This document shows, piece after piece, positions 56,315 to 64,000 of a stretch of DNA of 64,000 nucleotides. Numbering within the stretch: position 1 is the stretch's first letter; every line of letters begins with the position of its first letter. The stretch is from an uncultured Verrucomicrobiae bacterium (lineage in GTDB: Bacteria; Verrucomicrobiota; Verrucomicrobiia; Chthoniobacterales; UBA10450), in the NCBI GenBank assembly GCA_963735805.1, contig CAVTMK010000004.1:640001-704000 (forward strand), given 5' to 3'. A program made the translations under genes and the position numbers. The notes below the pieces were generated by a model, which did not search any database, was not told where the DNA came from, and saw only the letters and a program-made list of their open reading frames with translations.

Positions 56315-57598
56315 CTAGGGATGCACATTCCTAGTCCAAAGAAATTCATATGTCGCCACCGCATTGATCGCAACCGAGATAAAAAACAGCGAAACTTCTA
56401 TAACAGACAGCTTCGCGGGTCCGTTGCCTACCAGCAAAAGAAACATCCAAGGCAGCAGGATGATGCCGTAACGATAGGAGAATTGCCAGCCGCCAGGGTT
56501 TCCATGGCACCAGAGCGCCGCGGTCAATAACCCGATGGCGAGCCAAGACACCGCCTTATACTTACCGCCCTCGCGAAAAAGGAGAAAAAGAAATGGACTG
56601 GCCGTGAAGATGGAGCAACCAAATCCGTATGGTAGAATATAAGGAAACTTGGGAGTGGTGTCGCCAATCCCTTTGAAAAGCATGTGATAAACGTTTCCTG
56701 GGATTGCGTGGAGAGAAAATAAGCCGTGCTGATACCATGGTTCCTGGAGAACGCGCGGGATTCGAGCGTATCCAAAATCAAAGATAGAATGAAAGCGCGC
56801 GAAGTTATACTCCGCTGTTAGAATACCAAGAACTAACGGTAGGATTATAAAGGAGATCAACTCAGGCGCCTTCTTGCGAAGTCGTTGTCCAATCGTGCCT
56901 AATCCTATCGGCTCGCTGCCGTTAGGGCTCGTCAGCCATAAATAAAGAAAAATTGGCAAGACAAGAACCAGTTCGGTGCGATTTCCGAATGCGAGCGCGC
57001 AGAACGCTCCGGCGACCAAAGGGCACGGTCGAACCAAAGTAAAATATAGAGCTGCTGCTTCTCCCAGTAGCGCGAATCCAAGAGCGACTTGCCAAGAACC
57101 ACCGAATCCAAGGTTACACCATGTCCACGTCCCAAAAATGGGAAACAGCGCAAGAACAATGCGTCGGCCAACTGACTTGGTTTCGACGCTCGACAAGCCA
57201 AAGAAGAAAAAGACGCACAGTCCCGCAATCAACGCTGTCAAAGCTTGCGCAGGAAAACTGTGAATCCATCCTGCTCGCTGTAAGAGAGCGACTGGGAGAA
57301 CGCTTAGCACTGCACCAAGTGGGAAGACAGAGTAATATTTGCCTTCGAATGGGACCAACTCGTTCAGCCACGATCCGGGGTGTCTGTCCAGACCAAGACG
57401 CCCGTGCAACAAGGCCGCTGCAATTCGACTCGTGTAATCAAAGTCGTGCATGGTCGCCTTGGTGGTTTCAAAGAAAACGATGCTCGAGATCACGGCGAGG
57501 AAGATCGCCACGATCCAATCGCGTGAGGGTCCCGGTGCCGCAACATTTTGGCAAACGTCTCGCGCCTTCTCAGCGCTTCCTGCTTCTCCTGTCATCAC
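56315..57598 (-). CDS. Polytopic membrane protein, possible GT-C fold
   Basis: About ten TMs; DFDY loop after TM1; YNFARF, GGWQFSYRY. Confidence 0.5.
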   Translation of the reverse strand: MMTGEAGSAEKARDVCQNVAAPGPSRDWIVAIFLAVISSIVFFETTKATMHDFDYTSRIAAALLHGRLGLDRHPGSWLNELVPFEGKYYSVFPLGAVLSVLPVALLQRAGWIHSFPAQALTALIAGLCVFFFFGLSSVETKSVGRRIVLALFPIFGTWTWCNLGFGGSWQVALGFALLGEAAALYFTLVRPCPLVAGAFCALAFGNRTELVLVLPIFLYLWLTSPNGSEPIGLGTIGQRLRKKAPELISFIILPLVLGILTAEYNFARFHSIFDFGYARIPRVLQEPWYQHGLFSLHAIPGNVYHMLFKGIGDTTPKFPYILPYGFGCSIFTASPFLFLLFREGGKYKAVSWLAIGLLTAALWCHGNPGGWQFSYRYGIILLPWMFLLLVGNGPAKLSVIEVSLFFISVAINAVATYEFLWTRNVHP

Positions 57599-57817
57599 TT
57601 CGTTACCTTATTCTGATGCGACGGGATGCTATTTCAAATCGTTTGCTTTGCCAAATCGGACCTCGGCAAGGGTTTGGCCGATTTCAGTTGGACGCCTCTG
57701 GCTGATCCCATGGCCCCGCGGCCTCCACATGAACCTCATTGTGCCGATCTTAGTTGTTTCGGTGTCGATCCATTTAATGCGAACAAAAGAACAACGCGGC
57801 CGATGTCATCATAGTAC

Positions 57818-59452
57818 TTAGCGTGGCGGAATCGGACGCGACTGTGGGGTTGGGCGAAACCTTGGTGTTGGACTAGGTCTCGGAGTGGGCGTTGGAGTTG
57901 GCGTTACTTCCGGCAGCGTAAAAGCATAAACTCTATTGTCATTAGCGAGGTAAATACGCCCGTGGACGGCTATGCCTGTATTGAACCGGCGCGAACCATT
58001 CAGGAGTTCGTTTGGCCCACCACCTGCGTAAATAGGATTGCCCGTGTCACCATCGAATCCGTGCAATCGTTGGTCGCCGCCCACGTCCGCGCCTACTACC
58101 CAGACAACCACGTCATCGACGCCATCGGTAGACGTAACGAAGGGCGAAGCTCGACCGGGCTGGGCTACGCTCCAGGCATTGACGATACCGGGTGGATCAG
58201 TCGCAGTAATCCGAAACGCAGAGAGCGTTGTGCTATTGGCACGGAAAGCAACATAAGTCCCCTGTTTCGTCTGATAAGTGACTGCTGCCTGGATGATGCT
58301 GCCATTGGAGACGTGAGAGGAGGCTATTGGGACAGTGATACCGCCGAGGTTATCCCGGTTTAGTAAATATGCATTGCCATCCTTACCTAGCGCTACCACT
58401 AAATGGGAGGGCGTTGCGCCGGGGACGTCCACAAGTAATGGACCGCAACTACCAAGGTCCTTGTCCTGAGTATCAAGCGTTAGCCAATTGGGTGGTACCC
58501 AATAATCGCTGGGATCACCGCTAAAAATCGGCCCTGGCTGAAAGCGGATCACCGCTTCACCACCACCCCAGACTGGAGGATTGTAAGTGTTACCTGTAGT
58601 AACAAAGGGAGTCTTCCCATCGTTGGCGACCCCACCCACACCCCAAATTGCGCCGCCAATTGCATCGGTGGCCCAGGCTGTGGCATTTGTCGGATCATTT
58701 AGTGGCACTCCTATCAGCCAGCCATGGTAATCGCAATGATCGAGGAAGCTTCCATATGGGACGTAAAGGACGTTAGCAACGATGCCGAGGGCAGGTCGTT
58801 GAACTTGTATGGAGGGCGTAAAAATCGTTTCGTTGTAAACCGCGACCTCGCCCACATCCACAGGCCACCCAGGATTGATATCGCCTGTATCCACGTTCAA
58901 AGAGAAAATGAAATGTTTCTTGGTCATCCCGCCGTCTGGCGTGGTCATTGCGTTGAAAAAAAGCGCGCGTGAGGCAATATCGATAATCGGTGTACCGGTA
59001 ATACCGATGGGGTTAATATCACCCTGGCATGTAAGATCGTCTCGCGACACGGGATCTCCCATATTGCGTTCCCAGATAATGCCGCCATCAATGGCGTCTA
59101 ACGCATAGACGTTATTAGATTCGGTTACTGCAATAACCGTTGGCATGCCGCCCGGACCGTCGTCAATGTAAAGAGGCTGTGCCCAAACATTCCCGACAAT
59201 CGTGCCGTCAAAATTCAAGTCACGCATGAGATTGGCTGCAGCGCTCTGCGTGAAAGCCGAATCAACGTAAAGACCGTCGCGTGAATTGTGATTGTGAAAC
59301 TGAGTCACGTTTACCTGTACCGCGCCCGCAATGTTTCCCGCGACCAATGGCGTGGCGTTTGTCGAAGAAATCGGACTCAGAATAACAATGCACAATTCGG
59401 CAATAGCAAGCGTGCAAATGTAATACGATTGAAAAGTGCATTTCTTTTTCAC
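57818..59452 (-). CDS. Secreted PQQ-like beta-propeller protein, paralog 1, with PT/PR tail
   Basis: Signal peptide; VTQFHN..SRDG, TESNNVYALDA.DG...W, GITGTP, D.DLGS; C-terminal TPTP...RPIPPR. Confidence 0.75.
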   Translation of the reverse strand: MKKKCTFQSYYICTLAIAELCIVILSPISSTNATPLVAGNIAGAVQVNVTQFHNHNSRDGLYVDSAFTQSAAANLMRDLNFDGTIVGNVWAQPLYIDDGPGGMPTVIAVTESNNVYALDAIDGGIIWERNMGDPVSRDDLTCQGDINPIGITGTPIIDIASRALFFNAMTTPDGGMTKKHFIFSLNVDTGDINPGWPVDVGEVAVYNETIFTPSIQVQRPALGIVANVLYVPYGSFLDHCDYHGWLIGVPLNDPTNATAWATDAIGGAIWGVGGVANDGKTPFVTTGNTYNPPVWGGGEAVIRFQPGPIFSGDPSDYWVPPNWLTLDTQDKDLGSCGPLLVDVPGATPSHLVVALGKDGNAYLLNRDNLGGITVPIASSHVSNGSIIQAAVTYQTKQGTYVAFRANSTTLSAFRITATDPPGIVNAWSVAQPGRASPFVTSTDGVDDVVVWVVGADVGGDQRLHGFDGDTGNPIYAGGGPNELLNGSRRFNTGIAVHGRIYLANDNRVYAFTLPEVTPTPTPTPRPSPTPRFRPTPQSRPIPPR

Positions 59453-59477
59453 GTTCTTGAGTTTGGGATGAGAAAAC

Positions 59478-59507
59478 CTTTTACTCGAAGCGCATCAGCA
59501 GTGTCGA
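59478..59507 (-). promoter_or_regulatory. Conserved promoter-like motif TCGACA-N18-TAAAAG
   Basis: Same motif and spacing upstream of three paralogs. Confidence 0.6.
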
Positions 59508-59587
59508 GGATTTTTCCGCACGCGATACCTTGCGTGCACTCGGTGGTCGCGCCCTAGACATCACCAATCACCCATCCCGATCTTTTT

Positions 59588-61210
59588 TTACCGCGGTGTT
59601 GGTCGAGGTGCCGGGGACGGGCGGGGTCTCGGTGACGGGGTAGGTCTTGGAGTCGGTGACGGTGTTGGTGTGGGCGTAGGCACGGCAAAGGCATACACTT
59701 TGTTATCACCGGCGACATAGATGTGACTGCGCGCGGCAATGCCGGTTGTGGTGTAATTGTGCGTTCCCGCCATCATTTCGTTCGGACCACCGCCGCCGTA
59801 AACGACCTCACCGGTATTTCCATCATAACCGTGCAGCCGCTGATCACCGCTGGCGCCAACAACCCAGACAATCATGCTATTGTTGCCGTCCGTGGAGGTG
59901 ACGAAAGGCGATCCGCAGCCGTAGGTCTCTCTGTTCACACTCCAAGCATTGGCGATGGTCGGCGGGGTAGTTGCAGTGATACGGAAAACTGTGATCGCCG
60001 TAGTTCCGGATAACGAGAGACCTGCGCGGAAAGCGACAAAGGTACCCTCCTCGGTCTGATAGATCGCCGCTGCCTGGTGAATGGTACTATTGGCAACCTG
60101 AGCTGACGCCAGAGGCGCGCTGATACCTCCAAGGTTATCGCGATTAACAAGATATGCGTTGTTATCTTTACCCAGTGTTACAACCAAATGTGAAGGAATT
60201 GCACCGGGCACATCTACCAGTAAGGGACCGGAGCCACCCAAGTCCTTGTCCTGATTATCCAGGGTCAACCAATTAAGCGGCGCCCAATAATCGCTGGGGT
60301 CGCCGGTAAAAATGGGACCGGGCTGGAAGCGAATAACCGCTTCGCCACCGCCCCAATTGCCGTTAGTATTGACAGTGTTACCAGTGGTAACGAAGGGATT
60401 CTTCCCGTCACTGGCGACACCTCCTACTCCCCATATGCCACCACTGATAGCATCTGTGGCCCACGCTGTGGCGTTACTCGGATTGTTGATTGGTACTCCG
60501 ATCAGCCAGCCATGATAAACGCCACAATCCAACAAACTGCCATAAGGGACGTAAAGGATGTTATTCACGATACCGAGTGCAGGGCGTTGAGCCTGTATGG
60601 ATGGTGTAAAAGTAATGCCGTTATAAACCGCCACTTCGCCCACGTCCACGGGCCAGCCCGGATTGATGTCGCCCGTGTCCACATTGAGAGAGAAGATGAG
60701 ATGTCTCTTGGTTGTGCCACCGTCGGGCGTGGTCATTGCATTGAAAAAAAGCGCGCGAGAAGCGAGATCGACAATCGGCGTGCCGGTAATACCAAAGGGA
60801 TTAATATTGACGTTGCACGTGAGATCGTCTGCCGAGACGGGATCGCCGAAATTGCGTTGCCAAATAACACTCCCATCCAGAGCGTCCAACGCATACGCAT
60901 TATTAGACTCGGTCACAACAATGATCATTGATCTGCCATCCGGACCATCCTCGATGTAAAGCGGCTGCGCGTAAACGTTGCCCGCAATTGTGCCGTCAAA
61001 ACTTAGGTCACGCGCGAGATTAGTTGCGGCGGTCTGTGTGAAAGCCGGATCAACATAAAGACCATCCCGCGAAGGATTGTTGTGAAACTGGGTCACGTTC
61101 ACTTGCGTCGCGCCTGCAACGCTCCGGGTAGCGAATGAGGGCAGAGCGTTTGCCGGAGCAGCTGCGCTAAAAAAGTAAACAGCTGAGAAAATTGAAAATA
61201 AAGGCTTCAT
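59588..61210 (-). CDS. Secreted PQQ-like beta-propeller protein, paralog 2
   Basis: Colinear and highly similar to 57818-59452; ends PRPTPR. Confidence 0.75.
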   Translation of the reverse strand: MKPLFSIFSAVYFFSAAAPANALPSFATRSVAGATQVNVTQFHNNPSRDGLYVDPAFTQTAATNLARDLSFDGTIAGNVYAQPLYIEDGPDGRSMIIVVTESNNAYALDALDGSVIWQRNFGDPVSADDLTCNVNINPFGITGTPIVDLASRALFFNAMTTPDGGTTKRHLIFSLNVDTGDINPGWPVDVGEVAVYNGITFTPSIQAQRPALGIVNNILYVPYGSLLDCGVYHGWLIGVPINNPSNATAWATDAISGGIWGVGGVASDGKNPFVTTGNTVNTNGNWGGGEAVIRFQPGPIFTGDPSDYWAPLNWLTLDNQDKDLGGSGPLLVDVPGAIPSHLVVTLGKDNNAYLVNRDNLGGISAPLASAQVANSTIHQAAAIYQTEEGTFVAFRAGLSLSGTTAITVFRITATTPPTIANAWSVNRETYGCGSPFVTSTDGNNSMIVWVVGASGDQRLHGYDGNTGEVVYGGGGPNEMMAGTHNYTTTGIAARSHIYVAGDNKVYAFAVPTPTPTPSPTPRPTPSPRPRPSPAPRPTPR

Positions 61211-61247
61211 ACGTGAGTGCCTAGTAATTGCCTTAGCGTTGACATCG

Positions 61248-61277
61248 CTTTTACTCGAGGCACGTCAAAGGTGTCGA
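61248..61277 (-). promoter_or_regulatory. Conserved promoter-like motif TCGACA-N18-TAAAAG
   Basis: Second copy. Confidence 0.6.
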
Positions 61278-61373
61278 GGGAATTTCTCCCGCGCTGTTTG
61301 GCTTAAGCACCACCCGGTTCGATTTAGGTCACCGCGAGCTTGATGGGCTACGGATCGCTAATTGCGATTTCTT

Positions 61374-63038
61374 TCAGCGCGGTGTTGGCCGGGGCGGTGG
61401 CGTCGGACGACGTTGCGGCACAGGGCGGGATCTTGGCGTTGGGCTTGGCCGCGGTGTAGATGTCGGAGTAGCCGTTGGTGTAGGTGTAGGTGTAGGTGTA
61501 GGTGTGGGGGTGGGGGTGGATGCTGGCGCAGTAAAAGCGTACACCTTGTTGTCTGCGGCGATGTAGATGCGCCCCCGAGCGACAATGCCCGTGGTACTAT
61601 ATGCATGGGTTCCTGGAATCAGTTCGTTCGGGCCGCCACCTGCATAAACAACCGCTCCGGTATCTCCGTCATAGCCATGTAATTGCTGGTCCCCTTCAAT
61701 TCCCCACCCGGCGGTACCCACTACCCATACGATTGAGTTGCTACTGCCGTCAGTGGTGGTAACGAAAGGCGAGCCGCAACCGCCATTGCTCCTTGTAGCG
61801 CTCCAAGCGTTGACAATCGTGGGCGGGTTTGTTGCCGTAATGCGAAAAGCCGAAAGCTTCTCCTTGCTTGACCTTAAAGCCACATAGGTGCTTTGCGTCG
61901 TTCGATAGGTCGCTGCTGCTTGAATGATGCTGTTACCAGGAGATACATCAGCTTGTCCCACAGGAACACTAATCCCCCCCAGATTATCGCGATTAAGTAA
62001 ATAGCCCTGAGTGTCCTTGCCAAGCGCGACCACCAGATGAGAAGGAGTTGCGCCTGGCACATCCACCAGCAACGGCCCGCAGCCGCCCAAATCGAAGTCC
62101 CAGGGAATGTCGAGGTCGCGCCAATTGAGGGGCGCCCAATAATCGCTAGGGTCGCCGCTAAAAATTGGACCAGGCTCGAAGCGAATTACCGCTTCACCAC
62201 CACCCCAATTGGGAGGATTGTAGGTGTTACCTGTGGTAACGAAGGGATTCTTCCCGTCGCTGGCGACGCCGCCTATTCCCCATATGGATCCGCCAATCGC
62301 ATCTGTCGCCCATGCCATTACCCCGTCCGGGTTGTTGATTGGCACTCCTACCAGCCAGCCATGATAAACGCAATGATCCAAGAAACTGCCATACGGCACG
62401 TAAAGAATGTTATCTACGAGCCCAAGTGCGGGCCGTTGAGCTTGTGTGGACGGTGTAAAAATCGTGCCGTCATAAATCGCGACTTCGCCCACGTCCACCG
62501 GCCAACCAGGATTGATCTCGCCGGTGTCCACGCTAAGGGAGAAGATAAAATGTTTCTTGGTCGAGCCGCCGTCGGGTGTGATCATTGCATTGAAAAAAAG
62601 CGCGCGTGAAGCGAGATCGATAATGGGTGTGCCGGTAATACCGTACGGACCAATGTTGCCGTGGCATGTGAGATCGTCTTCCAACACGGGGTCCCCCATG
62701 TTGCGCCGCCATATGACCGAGCCGTCGACGGCGTCGAGCGCGTACACGTTATTGGATTCGGTTACCGCAATGATCGTCGGCCTGCCGCCTGGGCCGTCGT
62801 CGATGTAGAGTGGCTGCGCTAAAACATCGCCGACGATCGTGCCGTCAAAGTTCAGGTCGCGCGTCAGATTGGCGGCTGTGCCCAGAGTAAAAGCAGAGTC
62901 AACATAAAGGCCATCCCGTGAGTCGTGATTGTGAAATTGCGTCACGTTTACTTGCGCGTTTGTGGCTGGAATTGCACTGAAGATGGCGACACACCATCCA
63001 GCAATCAAGAGCCAGTACGGAGATATTCGAGATTCCAT
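61374..63038 (-). CDS. Secreted PQQ-like beta-propeller protein, paralog 3
   Basis: Same architecture; ATG 63038 preferred because the upstream TTG lies inside the promoter-like motif; ends PRPTPR. Confidence 0.75.
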   Translation of the reverse strand: MESRISPYWLLIAGWCVAIFSAIPATNAQVNVTQFHNHDSRDGLYVDSAFTLGTAANLTRDLNFDGTIVGDVLAQPLYIDDGPGGRPTIIAVTESNNVYALDAVDGSVIWRRNMGDPVLEDDLTCHGNIGPYGITGTPIIDLASRALFFNAMITPDGGSTKKHFIFSLSVDTGEINPGWPVDVGEVAIYDGTIFTPSTQAQRPALGLVDNILYVPYGSFLDHCVYHGWLVGVPINNPDGVMAWATDAIGGSIWGIGGVASDGKNPFVTTGNTYNPPNWGGGEAVIRFEPGPIFSGDPSDYWAPLNWRDLDIPWDFDLGGCGPLLVDVPGATPSHLVVALGKDTQGYLLNRDNLGGISVPVGQADVSPGNSIIQAAATYRTTQSTYVALRSSKEKLSAFRITATNPPTIVNAWSATRSNGGCGSPFVTTTDGSSNSIVWVVGTAGWGIEGDQQLHGYDGDTGAVVYAGGGPNELIPGTHAYSTTGIVARGRIYIAADNKVYAFTAPASTPTPTPTPTPTPTPTATPTSTPRPSPTPRSRPVPQRRPTPPPRPTPR

Positions 63039-63066
63039 CGGCGAGACGCGATTTTGTGGAGTCTCC

Positions 63067-63096
63067 CTTTTAGCCAATAAGCTGCCCCAGTGTCAA
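63067..63096 (-). promoter_or_regulatory. Conserved promoter-like motif TTGACA-N18-TAAAAG
   Basis: Third copy, with a perfect TTGACA. Confidence 0.62.
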
Positions 63097-63285
63097 GCCT
63101 CGCTGCGGAATGAGATCTATGCGCCTGCGGATCGTCTGCCTACGCAAAGCCTCGGCGCGACAGGTACGAATTAACGCCAATCAAGAAATGAATAGGCTTT
63201 CCATGACAGATTAGTGAGATGCCTCGCTGTCAAAGAATCTTGGTCACTCACTGATCAACGATTATCGATCGATCACTATTTCTTT

Positions 63286-64000
63286 TCAGTGCGGTGTTGG
63301 GCGAGGCCGCGGAACAGGTTGGGGTCTCGGTGTTGGGCGAGGTCTCGGAGTTGGAGTAACCGTAGGTGTGGGTGTAGGTATAGGTGTAGAAGTCGGCGTG
63401 GGTGTAGGTGTGGGTATCGGTGTAGGAGTTGGCGTGGATGTAGGTGTAGGTGTAGGTGTAGGTGTAGGCGACGATACCGGCACTTCAAAAGCATAGACTT
63501 TATTATCGCCAGCTACATAAATATGTCCCCGGGCTGCAATGCCAGTAGTGCTATAGAAATGCGTTCCTGCCATCAGTTCATCCGGGCCGCCTCCACCGTA
63601 AACAATTGCACCGGTACCTCCATCGTAACCATGTAATCGCTGGTCGCCCCCGGTTTGATGATCCTCAGTACCGACGACCCAGACAATCATGTTATCGGTG
63701 CCATTGGTCGAGGTTACGAAGGGCGAGCCGCAACCGCCGCTGGATCGGGGCACATTCCAACCGCCGGCAATATCGATACTCGGCGGATTGGCGGCAGTAA
63801 TGCGGAAAGCGGACAGCACAGTGTTGCCATCGTTGTTGGCGCGGAGCGCGACAAAGGTGCCCTGTTCGGTTCCGTAGGTGACGGCTGCCTGGAGAATAGT
63901 GCTGGTGGCAACCTGAGCTGATGCCAAAGGCAGACTGATCCCGCCAAGATTGTCGCGATTAAGTAGATATGCCTTGCGATCCTTACCCAAGGCAACGACC
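63286..64000 (-). CDS. Secreted PQQ-like beta-propeller protein, paralog 4 (5' part outside the window)
   Basis: [36 protein letters not shown], longest (PT)n linker; frame open to the window edge. Confidence 0.75.
   Translation of the reverse strand, partial: VVALGKDRKAYLLNRDNLGGISLPLASAQVATSTILQAAVTYGTEQGTFVALRANNDGNTVLSAFRITAANPPSIDIAGGWNVPRSSGGCGSPFVTSTNGTDNMIVWVVGTEDHQTGGDQRLHGYDGGTGAIVYGGGGPDELMAGTHFYSTTGIAARGHIYVAGDNKVYAFEVPVSSPTPTPTPTPTSTPTPTPIPTPTPTPTSTPIPTPTPTVTPTPRPRPTPRPQPVPRPRPTPH

Noticed and set aside
63130..63170. ACGCAAAGCCTC resembling a c-di-GMP-I riboswitch core
   Set aside because: The upstream GGCAAAC...GAAA stem is missing, orientation is opposite to the downstream gene, and a similar string at about 798-819 indicates a repeat family.
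61470..63470. GTAGGT/GTGGGT tandem repeats as CRISPR or microsatellite loci
   Set aside because: They are the in-frame Pro-Thr codons of the protein linkers; there is no repeat-spacer structure and no cas gene.

Overview
A 64 kb bacterial chromosomal window. Gene style, short palindromic and heptamer intergenic repeats and Pro/Thr/Arg-tailed secreted proteins suggest a soil Verrucomicrobiota (Chthoniobacterales / Ca. Udaeobacter-like) genome; this is inference. The left third holds housekeeping and envelope genes: a MidA-type methyltransferase, a class A PBP, kdsD, efp, treY, argS, a PTS IIA protein, a GT2/ArnT-like/PAP2 triad, an RRM protein, a sulfotransferase and a sugar epimerase. The centre is a large respiratory locus: a complete alternative complex III (actABCDEFG) followed directly by a cbb3-like ccoN/ccoO/cytochrome c module, and 5.5 kb later an A1-type heme-copper oxidase operon (I, III, IV, two small ORFs, II, ctaA, ctaB, sco). 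The most striking observation is that the CcoN homologue has lost all three CuB histidines, the cross-linked Tyr and the heme b3 His but keeps both low-spin heme b ligands. It looks like a non-catalytic pseudo-oxidase electron-transfer module on ACIII rather than a cbb3 oxidase. The right end carries rfbA, glycosyltransferases, two GT-C-like membrane proteins and a tandem array of at least four paralogous secreted beta-propeller-like proteins. These have variable loops, (PT)n linkers, an Arg/Pro-rich C-terminal tail and a conserved TYGACAC-N17-TAAAAG upstream motif. No rRNA, tRNA, CRISPR array or transposase was recognised. All calls rest on manual motif reading; no database search was run.
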